Position numbers and translations under genes: made by a program
Assembly: GCF_044704955.1 (NCBI RefSeq)
Contig: NC_091988.1
Span: 4,154,001-4,218,000 of the forward strand
Source: Pristiophorus japonicus
Taxonomy: Eukaryota
Reading direction: 5' to 3'
DNA: 64,000 bases
The notes under the pieces: generated by a model
The model's database searches: none
Seen by the model: the letters and a program-made list of their open reading frames with translations, nothing else
Told to the model about the DNA's origin: nothing
Shown: in pieces, positions 34,183 through 47,415 of the stretch
How the letters are laid out: the number at the start of each line of letters is the position of its first letter
How positions within the stretch are numbered: the first letter of the stretch is position 1

Positions 34183-36279
34183 TATCTCTGTAATCTCCTC
34201 CAGCCCCACAAACCCCCTGAGATATCTGCACTCCCCTAAGTCTGCCATCTTGAGCATCCCTGATTATAATCGCTCAACCATTGGTGGCTGTGCCTTCTGT
34301 TGCCTGGGCCCCAAGTTCTGCAACTCCCTCCCTAAACCTCTCCACCTCTCTACCTCTCTTTCCTCCTTCAAGTCGCTCCTTAAAACATACCTCTTTGACC
34401 AAGCTTTTTCTTCACCTGCCCTAATTTCTTCTTATGTGGCTCGGTGTCAAATTTTTTGACTTATAATACTCCTGGGACACTTTACTCCGTTAAAGGCACT
34501 ATATAAAGACAAGTTGTTGTTGAATTCTTTGACACTTAAAAAATGTTTTGTATCGTGAAGACTCAAAAAAGCACCAGATAACCAATTTCTTCCATATAAT
34601 GCTCCCAAAACGGTTATATATGTTTGTAATAATTAGTAATAAGGATACAAGTCTTCAACTGCAACAGCACTTTGTACTTCCACGTGCGCACGCTGTCTCA
34701 CTCTCCCTCTCTTTATCCCCCGACCACGCTGCCACATAGGACTTTAAAAACTCGAGATGTATGCATTAGCTAATGGTTGTGGATAATTTGTTGACTTTAG
34801 AGTTCAGCTGGTATTTTATGAAAATTGGACTAATTTTAAATGAAGAAAGTCTCTCTGCATCATGTTTGTTTTTTTCGTTTTCTCTCTCTCCATTTAATAT
34901 ATTTTTTAAGGAGTATAGAACACAAAACAAAAGCTGCAGCAGGTGTATTGTGATAACATTGTCATCTTTCTCGGTGTCACACACACGGGCCGGAATCTCC
35001 CCAGCCCTCCGAGTGTGGGTTTGGAGGCGGGCTCACTGTCAAAATGGTCATGATTGACAGTGGGTGGGGATGTTGCTCTGAACACGCCTCCGTGTGTGTT
35101 TCCAACCTGTCAGGACTGCGTACGGATTGCAGACACAACAGCAAGTGGCGGGACAGGTAATTAACAACATTAAAAGGTACTTAAGTGCTAGTTAAGAGGC
35201 TTAAAAGCAAGTACGTACAATTTTACCAACCTTTTGACGGGTTTGCTGTGCCTCGGAGAACACGCCAGGTAAGCGGAGTCGGGTTTTCACTGACTCTCCA
35301 TTACCTTGATTAGGTGACAGCTGCAGAAGTGGTATAAAAGCCACCATTTCACAGCTGTTCACTTTCCACTGTCAGAAGTTGAAGCCTTCAGGTTTTGTCA
35401 TACACTTTTGAGCTGTATGCACTTTGGAAGTGTCTCTGGAACTCTCTATCCAGTGTCACCTCCTTGGAACAACCTCTCTCACCATTGACAGATCGCTTCC
35501 GCCATTTCAACTTCATCTGCCATCTATTCCAGCAGCATCGGTGCCCTTGAAAAAATCTCACCTTGGTCCCTAGAATCCCACCACGATCAGCCCCAACACC
35601 AACATCATTAAACACACCAGCATCACCAGGCACACCAGCATCACCAACAACAACATCAACCTTCTCCACAATCACCTGATGCTGCACAGGACACGGGGCA
35701 TCAGCACCCGACCACATTGCTACCTGGGAGGCCAGGGATGGCCTCACCATGGCCAGATTTACTTCACTTAACGCTGTAAACCCCGGCTGCCACATGATGC
35801 ACCAGGTTGGCACCACCCCACACCAACACCATAAAGCAACCTTGCAATGCCCGAGCCATTGTTTTCACACTCATCACCATTGTGAGAGGTACCCTTATGT
35901 CTGACCATTCACTACAATGCACTAAGCCACTTCCAAAGGTGCACACAAATCTGTCCAAGAACACAAATTGCTGAAAATAAGATTTCAATGTTTGGCAACA
36001 CATCAACATTAACTATACATGAACATTGGCTAAAGCACCCAAGTGCCAACCTTCGTGTGTTATTATTTGGTATGATTGCACAAGGATGAGGGTGAGTGTG
36101 AGGGGTGGCTAGTGAGATGGGGATGTAATAATGTAGATAGAGAGAGAGGGGTGGGTGAAGGTGCAAGGTAAGTTGGTGTGAGTAAGGATGTACAGGAGTA
36201 GGGTAGGGAAGGCAAAGTGATGGGGATGTGATGAGTGGCACAGCAGGATGAGGTTGAGTGTGGCTTTGCAGTAACTTCG

Positions 36280-36500
36280 TGATCTACTGAGATCAGTGAA
36301 AGGTTTCTGCCACTGCAGCCTGGTCCTCCTGACCACATCCATGCTTGTGTCCTCCTGTGCAATGTGCAACCAGGCTGCGTTGGTGTCCTGGGGAGGTCCC
36401 TTCCACCCATGGGAATGGAAGAGAAGCTCCCTACATGCTGTGACTCCCTCCATAAGCATCTGGAGGGAGTTATGGAGAGCCTGGGTGCAGCAGTGCACCT
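36280..36500 (-). pseudogene. Harbinger Myb/SANT-like DNA-binding domain remnant
   Basis: SLQMLMEGVTACRELLF..AAWLHIAQE..VVRRTRLQWQKPFTDL matches the MSANTD-type pattern (W..IA, R...QC.K.F.DL). Confidence 0.75.
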
Positions 36501-36550
36501 ATGTGCCGTGTTTGTCAGTGTTTGCAGCACCTCAATGCTGCAGAAAACTG

Positions 36551-37712
36551 ACACAAGAGATTGATGTGAAAAGTTAAAGCACATGGGATTGGGGGTAGTG
36601 TGCTGACATGGATTGAGAACTGGTTGTCAGACAGGAAGCAAAGAGTAGGAGTAAATGGGTACTTTTCAGAATGGCAGGCAGTGACTAGTGGGGTACCGCA
36701 AGGTTCTGTGCTGGGGCCCCAGCTGTTTACACTGTACATTAATGATTTAGATGAGGGGATTAAATGTAGTATCTCCAAATTTGCGGATGACACTAAGTTG
36801 GGTGGCAGTGTGAGCTGCGAGGAGGATGCTGTGAGGCTGCAGAGCGACTTGGATAGGTTAGGTGAGTGGGCAAATGCATGGCAGATGAAGTATAATGTGG
36901 ATAAATGTGAGGTTATCCACTTTGGTGGTAAAAATAGAGAGACAGACTATTATCTGAATGGTGACAGATTAGGAAAAGGGGAGGTGCAAAGAGACCTGGG
37001 TGTCATGGTACATCAGTCATTGAAGGTTGGCATGCAGGTACAGCAGGCGGTTAAGAAAGCAAATGGCATGTTGGCCTTCATAGCGAGGGGATTTGAGTAC
37101 AGGGGCAGGGAGGTGTTGCTACAGTTGTACAGGGCATTGGTGAGGCCACACCTGGAGTATTGTGTACAGTTTTGGTCTCCTAACCTGAGGAAGGACACTC
37201 TTGCTATTGAGGGAGTGCAGCGAAGGTTCACCAGACTGATTCCCGGGATGGCGGGACTGACCTATCAAGAAAGACTGGATCAACTGGGCTTGTATTCACT
37301 GGAGTTCAGAAGAATGAGAGGGGACCTCATAGAAACATTTAAAATTCTGACGGGGTTAGACAGGTTAGATGCAGGAAGAATGTTCCCAATGTTGGGGAAG
37401 TCCAGAACCAGAGGTCACAGTCTAAGGATAAGGGGTAAGCCATTTAGGACCGAGATGCGGAGGAACTTCTTCACCCAGAGAGTGGTGAACCTGTGGAATT
37501 CTCTACCACAGAAAGTTGTTGAGGCCAATTCACTAAATATATTCAAAAAGGAGTTGGATGAGGTCCTTACTACTAGGTGGATCAAGGGGTATGGCGAGAA
37601 AGCAGGAATGGGGTACTGAAGTTGAATGTTCAGCCATGAACTCATTGAATGGCGGTGCAGGCTAGAAGGGCCGAATGGCCTACTCCTGCACCTATTTTCT
37701 ATGTCTATGTCT
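36551..37712 (+). mobile_element. Young 5'-truncated CR1 with an open 339-aa ORF2 C-terminal half
   Basis: ORF 36600..37619 is uninterrupted and near-identical to the 2116-5601 and 59076-60190 copies. Confidence 0.95.
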
Positions 37713-38663
37713 AGAAGAACTGTCAAAAGCAATGTGGGCATGGTCCCTTTAAGGAAACCGGCTGATGACGCGTCATCAAATGACGTCATCAGACCGGCTC
37801 CCTCTTAATTGACCGGGAAGCCCACAGGGCGGGGCTTAACCAGCACAATCATCGAAAGATTCGGGACAGAGGGCGGCTCGAGTTGGGAGTGGGCTGACCA
37901 GACATCACCAACCCCGGCTGATCGATCCCGCCGTGTGTGGTGAAATCGCGGCCATGGTTTCACTGTTTTTAAAGCAAAGAGGCTCAATACATATTTTATA
38001 ACAAAATAAATGTTACCGCTGTAAACTCATTGAGATTTGCCCTATTGCTCAGAACCATTTGAAGAAAGGCTACTCGGCAGAAACTGCTCGAAGCCAAAGA
38101 GAAATAACCTGTCAGTAGAACTGACCAGTACCACGACATCCTGGGAAATTAGGTGCACTGCACATGCTCAGACTGCTCACAGTCTTACAGCTCGGGGCAA
38201 CAATATCGAGGTCTAGCCCAGGCTTTTGGGCGAGGCTGGAGCCTTTCAAGTAATAACTTCAATTAAAGTATTAAAAGACACAAAAGACATCACCATGTTA
38301 CAATATTCTTATTGTTAGATCCTGTTCCCGGGAAATTTTATGGAGGTACTTTCCCATTTTCATGTGCTAAGGCTTCAAAGAAAAATATTCATAAAAATGG
38401 TTCCATTATACACTGACATGCACACAAAAGACAATTCAGTGGAAAAATGTCATGTTATTGTGAAATATATAATTTCTAGAGCTTTTTAATTTTGTTTAAA
38501 TGCTTACTTAGGACATTAAAAATTTCAGTTACTGTGGAGAAAAGTATGAATTAAAAAGTTCTGAAAGCATTTTGAACAATTTGTGGGAATCCAGTGGCCA
38601 TTTGCAGGTGGCAGGGTAATATATACTGCGATAAAGTAACTATTGCGTGTCACGCAATATGAT

Positions 38664-39341
38664 GGCCCTGAAGTTGCGGCCTCTCTGGGTTGCGTACGAT
38701 GTGCATACGCATCCGATTTCTTTTGACAGTTCCAACGCATCCCCGGGAGACGGGCCTTCGGGATTTGGGCTCTTTGCCCAACTCCTGCCCAGCGCATGTC
38801 CTTCAAACTCTTACACCTGGTAAAAGCAAGCGTAAGGCCTGCTTTTACCAGCATAAGAGTTTTAAAAGATAGAAAAATTAAATGTTATCACTAATTTCTA
38901 TATTAAAAGCCCTGTCCATTAAGATAAGTTTATTTTAACCCTATTAAAACATTTTTAAAACATTTTCAAAAATATTAAATATTTCCTAAAACATTTCATT
39001 TAATTCAAATTGAATTATTTTTAAATATGAGATGTTTTTTTAATTTATTGTGTTGTGTTTCTGTGTTTTGGGGGGTATTCACATTGATAGTAATGGGAGC
39101 TCTGTACAATCGGAACTCAGCATAATTATCAATGAGAATACTCCATGTTCATTGGTGGTCCAGGCCATGTGATCCCAGGTTGCGCTTACGTTCCTGGGAT
39201 GTATGGGGTTCTACGCTGGTCTATGCATCTAAGCCTCGGGCGGAAGTTATTGTTCCTCTGGGACCACCAGGTACTTTCGTAAAAAATATTTTGGTCGGAG
39301 GCATCCGCCCACAAGAAGCCTCCGACCGCAATTTTTGACCC
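38664..39341. mobile_element. PIF/Harbinger-type MITE
   Basis: TIRs GGCCCTGAAGTTGCGG / CCGCAATTTTTGACCC; TSD GAT; same family as 788-1538. Confidence 0.8.
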
Positions 39342-40143
39342 GATACCTTTAAAAGTGAAAATCTACATTGTTCATAGTGCTACCTAGTTTTCAATGACAC
39401 TCATGCTCTACATACTGGATTTCATATATAACGATATATGCCTACACATGTATTGAACCTTTAGGAATTGGCCTTGAATACCCAATTTCCCTGGGATAGG
39501 ATGCACCACAACTCTTCCCACCACCCAGTCCCTCAGGATCATTATGCTATACTGATTCAATTTTCTTTCTTTTGTCCTCCGGTGAACAGCCCTAACTGGC
39601 ACAAGTGATGTTTCAAGGAAAGGACATTAGTATCCAGTTGCGTTAATACGAGAACATAATTTAATTATGTTGAGAGTAAAGCAGTACTCTATTGCCGAAA
39701 CCTTTTCAATGCTTTGAAAATGCTCTTCTGCAGAAAATATTTGTAGAAAGACTTTCTTGTCAATGAAAATTGCTTGAAACACTGATAAATTGCATGAAAA
39801 TATCATTTTAATTGGTATGGGAATCCTGTGGGTCACTGACCTTACCTCCAGATTCCTCTTATGATTTCCACATCAAAATCGGGAAATGGTAAAATATGGT
39901 TTTATGTGCTTCTGTTTGAGAAATCTTTTATTATAATTAGTGAAGAGTAATTTAGAGACTGAAATAAATTGATCAAAAGGCTCTTTTATTTTCCCCATTT
40001 AGTATACAATAAATAAATTACAGGGTTTATGTCATTTCATGAAATAATTTTTGCTAGAATCTCTGTGACTTTGTCCTTCAAATCTCTTTATAGGCTTTTG
40101 GCATATGAAGTTTTTTAGTTGCTTTTTAACTAGAGGAGGCTAA

Positions 40144-40810
40144 GGCTGGAATTTTCCGGGATGTCAGCGGGCGGGGTCAGTAGCGGGTCGAGTGGGAAAG
40201 TATTTTTTTGTGTAGCGGGTTGGGAAACCGCTGTCAACCCACTGCAACACACCTTTGCCAATGTTGTGTCTGTCAGCGCTGAGCAGACCTGATAGTTAGT
40301 GGCGAACAACCCAATTAAATTCATTATAACATACTTAACAGACCCTTAGCAGGCTTTTGTAACTTACTTTTTAACTTTAAATTCATGGCCACGGGAACCA
40401 TGCTGTTCGGGGACCATGTCTGTCACTCTGAGGTGGGTGTTCAGTGGCCATTGCTCCAGCTGATTATGTGACAGCTTCAAATGTACAGTAAAAACTCCCA
40501 CATGACAGATCATCAATTTTCCTCAGCCACAAGCTGTTTCTCAGTCCATTTCCAGCACAGTTTCTGCAGACTTTCCACTTTCCACTCTCCTTCCACTTGC
40601 ACCTCATTGGAAGAACCCTCTCACGAGTGACAGAATGTTTCTGTCATCTCTGCTTTACCTGCCATCTATTCCATCAACAGTGGGAGGGTGGATACAATTC
40701 TGTCTGACCATTCACTACAACTCACTAAGCCACTTCCAAAGGTGCACACAAATCTGTCCAAGAATGTAAAGTGTTGAAAATAAAGGTTTCAATGTTTGAC
40801 ACCACATTAA
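40144..40810. mobile_element. Harbinger left-arm fragment
   Basis: Starts GGCTGGAATTTTCC; 40700-40810 closely matches 35898-36010. Confidence 0.7.
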
Positions 40811-40814
40811 CAGA

Positions 40815-41090
40815 GGGAGCAAAATTCCCCTGCTATGTACCTCCTGTTAGCGCCTCTAGGGGGCACTAACAGGTTGCCAAAGTGTTTTCGCCCGGTTGGG
40901 GGTGGTACTACAGGCTCCCGTGGAATTTCGCAGGAGTTAGCAGATGCGCAAAACCAGATGCGCCGCGCCCCTGCGCTTCTGGTGATGACATCATCGCCGT
41001 GCACGGCAGCCACTTTTTGCCCCGTGGTGGCCCGTTTTCACCCATGGCAGAAATGGGCAGCGCCCCATGAGGCTAAACTAAGTAAAGTTT
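40815..41090. mobile_element. GC-rich MITE fragment
   Basis: TIR-like start GGGAGCAAAATTCCCC; CpG-rich; no right TIR found. Confidence 0.4.
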
Positions 41091-41431
41091 GTAAACAGGA
41101 ATGTGAGCTGAACTGAATTGTGCCAATTCTGGTTAGTGGGTGACAACTGAGCAGGGCTTATCTTTGGCAATCCTAAGGGGAGGTAAATGTCTTTTTTCCT
41201 TTGGGTACTAAATAGTCTATTTCATATTTGTGCTCGTATAAAGGTGTATTTGTGTCTGATACTTTTCTATGACTTGGGGGGCTGAGGACTCTTATACATG
41301 ATCCAGAGTAGTCTTCAATGATATGTGCTAGCTAACAGAGTCTTTGATTTAATCTAACTTTCAAAATTTAATCTTGAAGCAATTGAAATGAATCTCTCTG
41401 GACCCACAGTACAGGTGGAAAATGAAAAAAA

Positions 41432-41546
41432 TGTGTTTCCCACATTACAACAGTGACTACACTTCAAAAAATACTACATTGGCTGTAAAGCACTTTGAGA
41501 TGTCGGGTGTTCGTGAAAGGCTCTATATAAATCCAAGTCTTTCTTT
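41432..41546 (+). mobile_element. Deu-domain SINE 3' fragment
   Basis: Matches 63175-63285. Confidence 0.75.
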
Positions 41547-42592
41547 CATTTCTAAAGCAAATTTTTCATATCTTTCAAACAAATTAAAGTCCTCCACAAG
41601 TAATTATTTGAATGTGCAGTGACTGTTGTTTAATAGGAGAACATTTCGACTATAATAATTAACTGGATATGTTGTGAGTTTTCAATCTGTGCTAAACATA
41701 CTTGTTGATCCTGTAGAAATGTTAAGATTGGATTGGGAAATATAATTAAAATATACAGAAACTAATTGTTTTTTTTTGTAAAAATGATAAATATTTTATG
41801 TCTTTGTACCTATGTATTATTTTTAAAAATAATTGTTCACTTAGTGTGAAATATTGAATATTTTCTATGATCTATATCATTTTTTACTTGCATAATATTA
41901 GGCTTGATTTCAAATAAAGAACCCTGTAATTTATGAAAGGTACACTGAGCATGAGATTTTATTCTAGTATAAGATTTCCTCAGAATAATGATTATATTTC
42001 CGACTCAATGTAAACTAAATAGTTCTATGAGATTTCCCAGAATAATATAATCTCTGTGTTGAGCCAGAGTGAATATGTTTTTTTTGCCATTTTCTAAAGG
42101 TGTAATTGGTCAATGATCCTGCCTGCCAATCCATTAACTAGATATGAATACTGGATTTTCTGTGAGTGGGCTTTTATAAGCGTATAACACAGTTGAACAG
42201 TTCGAATGATATAGTTAAGCCACAAGAGTCAAGCTTTAAGTGTTTTATCAATTGTTCTTTTATAACATTTTCAAATTCATTCTGTTTATGCACAATGCAT
42301 TTGACGTATGATCTCTGTGGGATTATATTTTGTCATGAGGTAGAGCAGCTGCAACAGTCCATTCTGTAGATTCGAAGAACATTTAGGAGCTCCCTGCCAA
42401 ATTCTTCAAACTGCCACGTTGGATCTTCTTAAATAATGGTCAAATTCAAAATGGGGAAACCTCCAATATTCATACATCACGTAATGTTGGTTGTGCCTGT
42501 CTGTGTATTCATATGGATTACTGGAATTCATCAAATATAAATGCTGAAAATACTTTAGAAATCTAAAATTTGAAAGCCTGTCTGTATGGTGT

Positions 42593-45500
42593 CATAGAAA
42601 CATAGAAACATAGAAAATAGGTGCAGGAGTAGGCCATTTGGTCTGCACCATCATTCAATATGATCATGGCTGATCATGCATTTCAGTACCCCATTCCTGC
42701 TTTCTCTCCATACCTCTTGATCCCTTTTGAATATATCTAATGAACTGGCCCCAACAACTTTCTGTGGCAGAGAATTCCACATGCCCACAACTCTCTGAAT
42801 GAAGAAGTTTCTCCTCATCGCGGACCTAAATGGCTTACCCCTTATCCTTAGACTGTGACCCCCTGGTTCTGGACTTTCCCAACATCGGGAACATTCTTCC
42901 TGCATCTAACCCTGTCCAATCCCATCAGAATTTTATATGTTTCTATGAGATCCCCTCTCATTCTTCTAAATTTCATTGAATACAAGCCCAGTCGATCCAA
43001 TCTTTCTTCATATGTCAGTCCAGCCATCCCGGGAATCAGTCTGGTGAACCTTCGCTGCACTCCCTCAATAGCAAGAATGTCCTTCCTCAGATTAGGAGAC
43101 CAAAACTTTACACAATATTCAAGGTGTGGCCTCACCAAGGCCCTGTACAACTGCAGTAAGACCTCCCTGCTCCTATACTCAAATCCCCTCGTTATGAAGG
43201 CCAACATGTCATTTGCCTTCTTCAACGCCTGCTGCACCTGTATGCCAACCTTCAATAACTGATGTACCATGACACCCAGGTCTCGTTGCACCTCCCCTTT
43301 TGCCAATCTGTCACCATTCAGATAATAATTTGCCTTCCTGTTTTTACCACCAAAGTGGATAACCTCACATTTATCCACGTTATACCGCATCTGCCATGTA
43401 TTTGCCCACTCACTGAACCTGTCCAAGTCAACCTGCAGCCTCTGAGCATCCTCCTCACATCTCACACTGCCACCCAGTGTAGTGTATCTGCAAACTTGGA
43501 GATATTACACTCAATTCTTTCATCTAAATCATTGATGTATATTGTAAATAGCTGGGGTCCCAGCACTGAGCCCTGTGGCACTCCACTAGTCACTGCCTGC
43601 CATTCTGAAAAGGACCCGTTTATCCCGACTCTCTGCTTCCTGTCTGCCAACCAGTTCGCTATCCACGTCAGTACATTACCCCCAATACCATGTGCTTTAA
43701 TTTTGCACACTAATCTCTTGTGTGGGACCTTGTCAAAATCCTTTTGAAAGTCCATTGCACCACATCAACTGGTTCTCCCTTGTCCACTCGACTAGTTACA
43801 TCCTCAAAAAATTCTTAAAAATTTGTCAAGCCTGATTTCCCTTTCAGAAATCCATGCTGACTTGGACTAATCCTGTCACTGCTTTCCAAATGCGCTGCTA
43901 TTTCATCTTTAATAAATTGATTCCAACATTTTCCGCATTACTGATGTCAGGCTAATTGGTCTATAATTACCCGATTTCTCTCTTCCTCCTTTTTTAAAAA
44001 GTGGTGTTACATTATTACCCTCCAGTCCATAGGAACTAATTCAGAGTCGCTAGACTGTTGGAAAATTATCACCAATGCATCCACTATTTCTAGGGCAACT
44101 TGTTTAAGTACTCTGAGATGCAGACTATCAGGCCCCGGGGATTTATCGGCCTTCAATCCCATCAATTTCCTTAACACAATTTCCCGCCTAATAAGGATTT
44201 CCTTCAATTCCTCCTTCTCACGAGACCCTCGGTCCCCTAGTATTTCTGGAAGGTTATTTGTGTCTTCCTTCATGAAGACAGAACCAAAGTATTTATTCAA
44301 CTGGTCTTCCATTTCTTTGTTCCCCATTATAAATTCACCTGAATCTGACTGCAATGGACCTACGTTTGTCTTCATTAATCTTTTTCTCTTCACATATCTA
44401 TAGAAGCTTTTGTAGTCAGTTTTTATGTTCCCAGCAAGCTTCCTCTCATACTCTATTTTCCTCCTTCTGATTAAACCCTTTGTCCTCCTCTACTGAGTTC
44501 TAAATTTCTCCCAGTCCTCAGGTTTGCTGCTTTTTCTGGCCAATTTATATGCCTCTTCCTTGGATTTAACACTATCCTTAATTTCCTTTGTTAGCCACGG
44601 TTGAACCACCTTCCCCATTTTATTATTACTCCACACAGGGATGTACAATTGTTGAAGTTTGTTGGGGGAGATGGGAAGGCTTCCTCTCCCACGAGCGGGC
44701 CCACTGATATAGAGGGTCGACGCTCGCCCCAGCCCACGTAGCAATTCTCGAAGTTAGCAGACAGAGACGGATGGCAAAGTATAACGATCTTTATTACGAA
44801 CGTCCGGGAACACCTCTTATCACAGTCGCCTGTAAGTGGAGATGCTCTCCGAACAGCACAATCATACAACTCTTATACATTTCAAAACCCCTCTGTTCCC
44901 GGATAAGACCTCCCTAGATTTCTAATTGAACTACCTTATTAGTGCTACTTTGGATTGACAGGCCAAGACCCTCGTGAGTGCTTTAGGCCGTGACTAGAAT
45001 GACTTCATTCGGTCGGAATTTGTTTTACATTTCCTTGGTGCCTGTGAGTCGCCTCGAGCCTCTTCGCAAGGTCTTATCAATGTCTGTTTAGGTTCTCACA
45101 TTGTATCCTGTCGGAATATTATTGAATTGATAACTTCTGGAGCCTTGGTACAAGGCCGAAGAGAGGCCTTTTACCTCCTTATGGGCCAGTGCAGGAACCA
45201 GCACTTTAACCCTTCTCCCGCTGGTACCCCTAATACCAAATTTCTCTTACAAAGTTCATCCATGTGATCTTTAAATGTCTGCCATTGCCTATCCACCATC
45301 AACCCTGTAAGTATCATTTGCGAGTCTATTCTAGCCAATTCACGCCTCATACCATCGAAGTTACCTTTCCTTAAGTTCAGGACCCTAGTCTCTGAATTAA
45401 CTGTGTCACTCTCCATCTTGATAAAGAATTCTACCATATTATGGTCACTCTTCCCCAAGTGACCTCGCACAACAAGATTGCTAATTAGTCCTTTCTCATT

Positions 45501-47410
45501 ACACATCACCCAGTCTAGGATGGCCAGCTCTCTAGTTGGTTCCTCGACATATTGGTCTAGAAAACCATCCCTAATACACTCCAGGAAATCCTCCTCCACC
45601 GCATTGCTACCAGTTTGGTTAGCCCAATCTATATGTAGATTAATGTCGCCCATGATAACTGCTGTACCTTTATTGCACGCATCCCTAATTTCTTGTTTGA
45701 TGCTGTCCCCAACCTCACTACTACTGTTTGGTGGTCTGTACACAACTCCCACTAGCGTTTTCTGCCCTTTGGTATTCCGCAGCTCCACCCATACAGATTC
45801 CACATCATCCAAGCTAATGTCCTTCCTTACTATTGCGTTAATTTCCTCTTTAACCAGCAACGCTATCCCACTTCCTTTTCCTTTCTGTCTATCCTTCCTA
45901 AATGTTGAATACCCCTGGATGTTGAGTTCCCAGCCTTGGTTACCCTGGAGCCATGCCTCCGTGATGCCAATTATATCATATTCATTAATTGCTGCCTGTG
46001 CAGTTAATTCGTCCACCTTATTACAAATACTCCTCGCATTGAGACACAGAGCCTTCAGGCTTGTCTTTTTAACACACTTTGCCCCTTTAGAATTTTGCTG
46101 TAATGTGGACCTTTTTGATTTTTGCCTTGGGTTTCTCCGCCCTCCACTTTTACTTTTACTTTTCTTCTTTCTATCTTTTGCTTCTGCCCCCATTCTACTT
46201 CCCTCGATCTCCCTGCCTAGGTTCCCATCCCCCTGCCATATTAGTTTAACCTCTCCCCAACAGCACTAGCAAACACTCCCCCTCAGACATTGGTTCCGGT
46301 CCTGCCCAGGTGCAGACCGTCTGGTTTGTACTGGTCCCACCTCCCCCAGAATCTGTTCCAATGTCCCAGGAATTTGAATCCCTCCCTTCTGCACCGCTCC
46401 TCAAGCCACGTGTTCATCTGAGCTATCCTGCGATTCCTACTCTGACTAGCACGTGGCACTGGTAGCAATCCTGAGATTACTATCTTTGATGTCCTACTTT
46501 TTAATTTAGCTCGCTAATCCTAGCTCCCTAAAATCAGATTGTAAGACCTCATCCCATTTTTTACCTATATCGTTGGTACCTATATGCACCACTACAACTC
46601 CAAAATACCCTGCAGCCGCTTTGAGACATCCTTGACACTTGCACCAGGGAGGCAACATATCATCCTGGAGTCTCGATTGTGACCGCAGAAATGTCTATCT
46701 ATTCCCCTTACAATAGAATCCTCCACCACTATAGCTCTCCCACTTTTTTTCCTGCTCTCCTGTGCAGCAGAGCCACCCACGGTGCCATCGACTTGGCTGC
46801 TGCTGCCCTACCCTGATGAGTCATCCCCCCCTAACAGCACCTCACGCGATGTATCTGTTTTGGAGGTGGGGTGACTGCAGGGGACCCCTGCACTACTTTC
46901 CTTCCACTGCTCTTCCTGCTGGTCACCCATTCACTATCTGCCTGTGTAACCTTTACCTGCGATGTGGCCAAAATGTGCTATTCACAATATCCTCAGCATC
47001 ATGCATGCTCTAGATTGAATCCACCCACAGCTCCAGTGACGCAATGCGGTCTGTCAGGTGCTGCAGCAGGACACACTTCCTACACATGTAGTCATCAGGG
47101 ACACTGGAAGCGTCCCTGAGTTCCCACATAGCACAGGAAAAGCATGACATGGGTCTGGGCTCTCCTACCATGATTTAACCATTAGACTAACTTAATTTGA
47201 CAACAACAATGATAAAGGTTACCTGCTGATGAAATGAATGAAAAAGAAAAAGAAAAATTACTTACCAATCACCAGCCAAGCACTTACCCCCTTGGGTGTG
47301 ACGAAACCCTTCGATTTCTTTTGACTTCTTTTTTTCCTTCTCACCCTGCTGCAGCTGCACAGCTGGACTTTATAGGCCTCCCCACCCTGCCGCTCCACCT
47401 CCTCGATCTC
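42593..47410 (-). mobile_element. Near full-length decayed CR1 (5'UTR, ORF1 zinc finger + esterase, ORF2)
   Basis: ORF1 starts near 47171 (MVGEPRPMSCFSC...MCRKC); esterase 46241-46780; APE 45260-46190; RT pieces; tail at 42593. Confidence 0.93.
44660..45251 (-). mobile_element. Solo LTR (592 bp) inserted in CR1
   Basis: TG...CA termini; 5-bp TSD AAGTT (44655-44659 / 45252-45256); minus-strand TATAAG then AATAAA. Confidence 0.88.
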
Positions 47411-47415
47411 CCCTG

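Larger units (their letters stand above)
32545..34522 (+). mobile_element. 5'-truncated L2 LINE interrupted by a templated insertion and a MITE
   Basis: GVPPGSILGP, YADDTQL, SRLDYSN, LHW-like C-terminus; tail AAGGCACTATATAAA..GTTGTTGTTG. Confidence 0.9.
34988..37953. mobile_element. Non-autonomous Harbinger (about 1.8 kb plus a nested CR1)
   Basis: TIRs GGCCGGAATCTCCCC / GGTGAAATCGCGGCC; TSD ACG/ATG; Myb/SANT remnant on the minus strand; homologues at 40144-40810 and 61978-62942. Confidence 0.8.

Noticed and set aside
39846-39912. Strong minus-strand donor GAG|GTAAGG suggesting an exon
   Set aside because: All three frames have stops back to the nearest plausible acceptor; a non-coding exon cannot be supported from sequence alone.
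45478-46269. Long antisense ORFs over the CR1 endonuclease (also 4440..4907)
   Set aside because: Expected antisense openness from codon composition; lengths and starts differ between copies.
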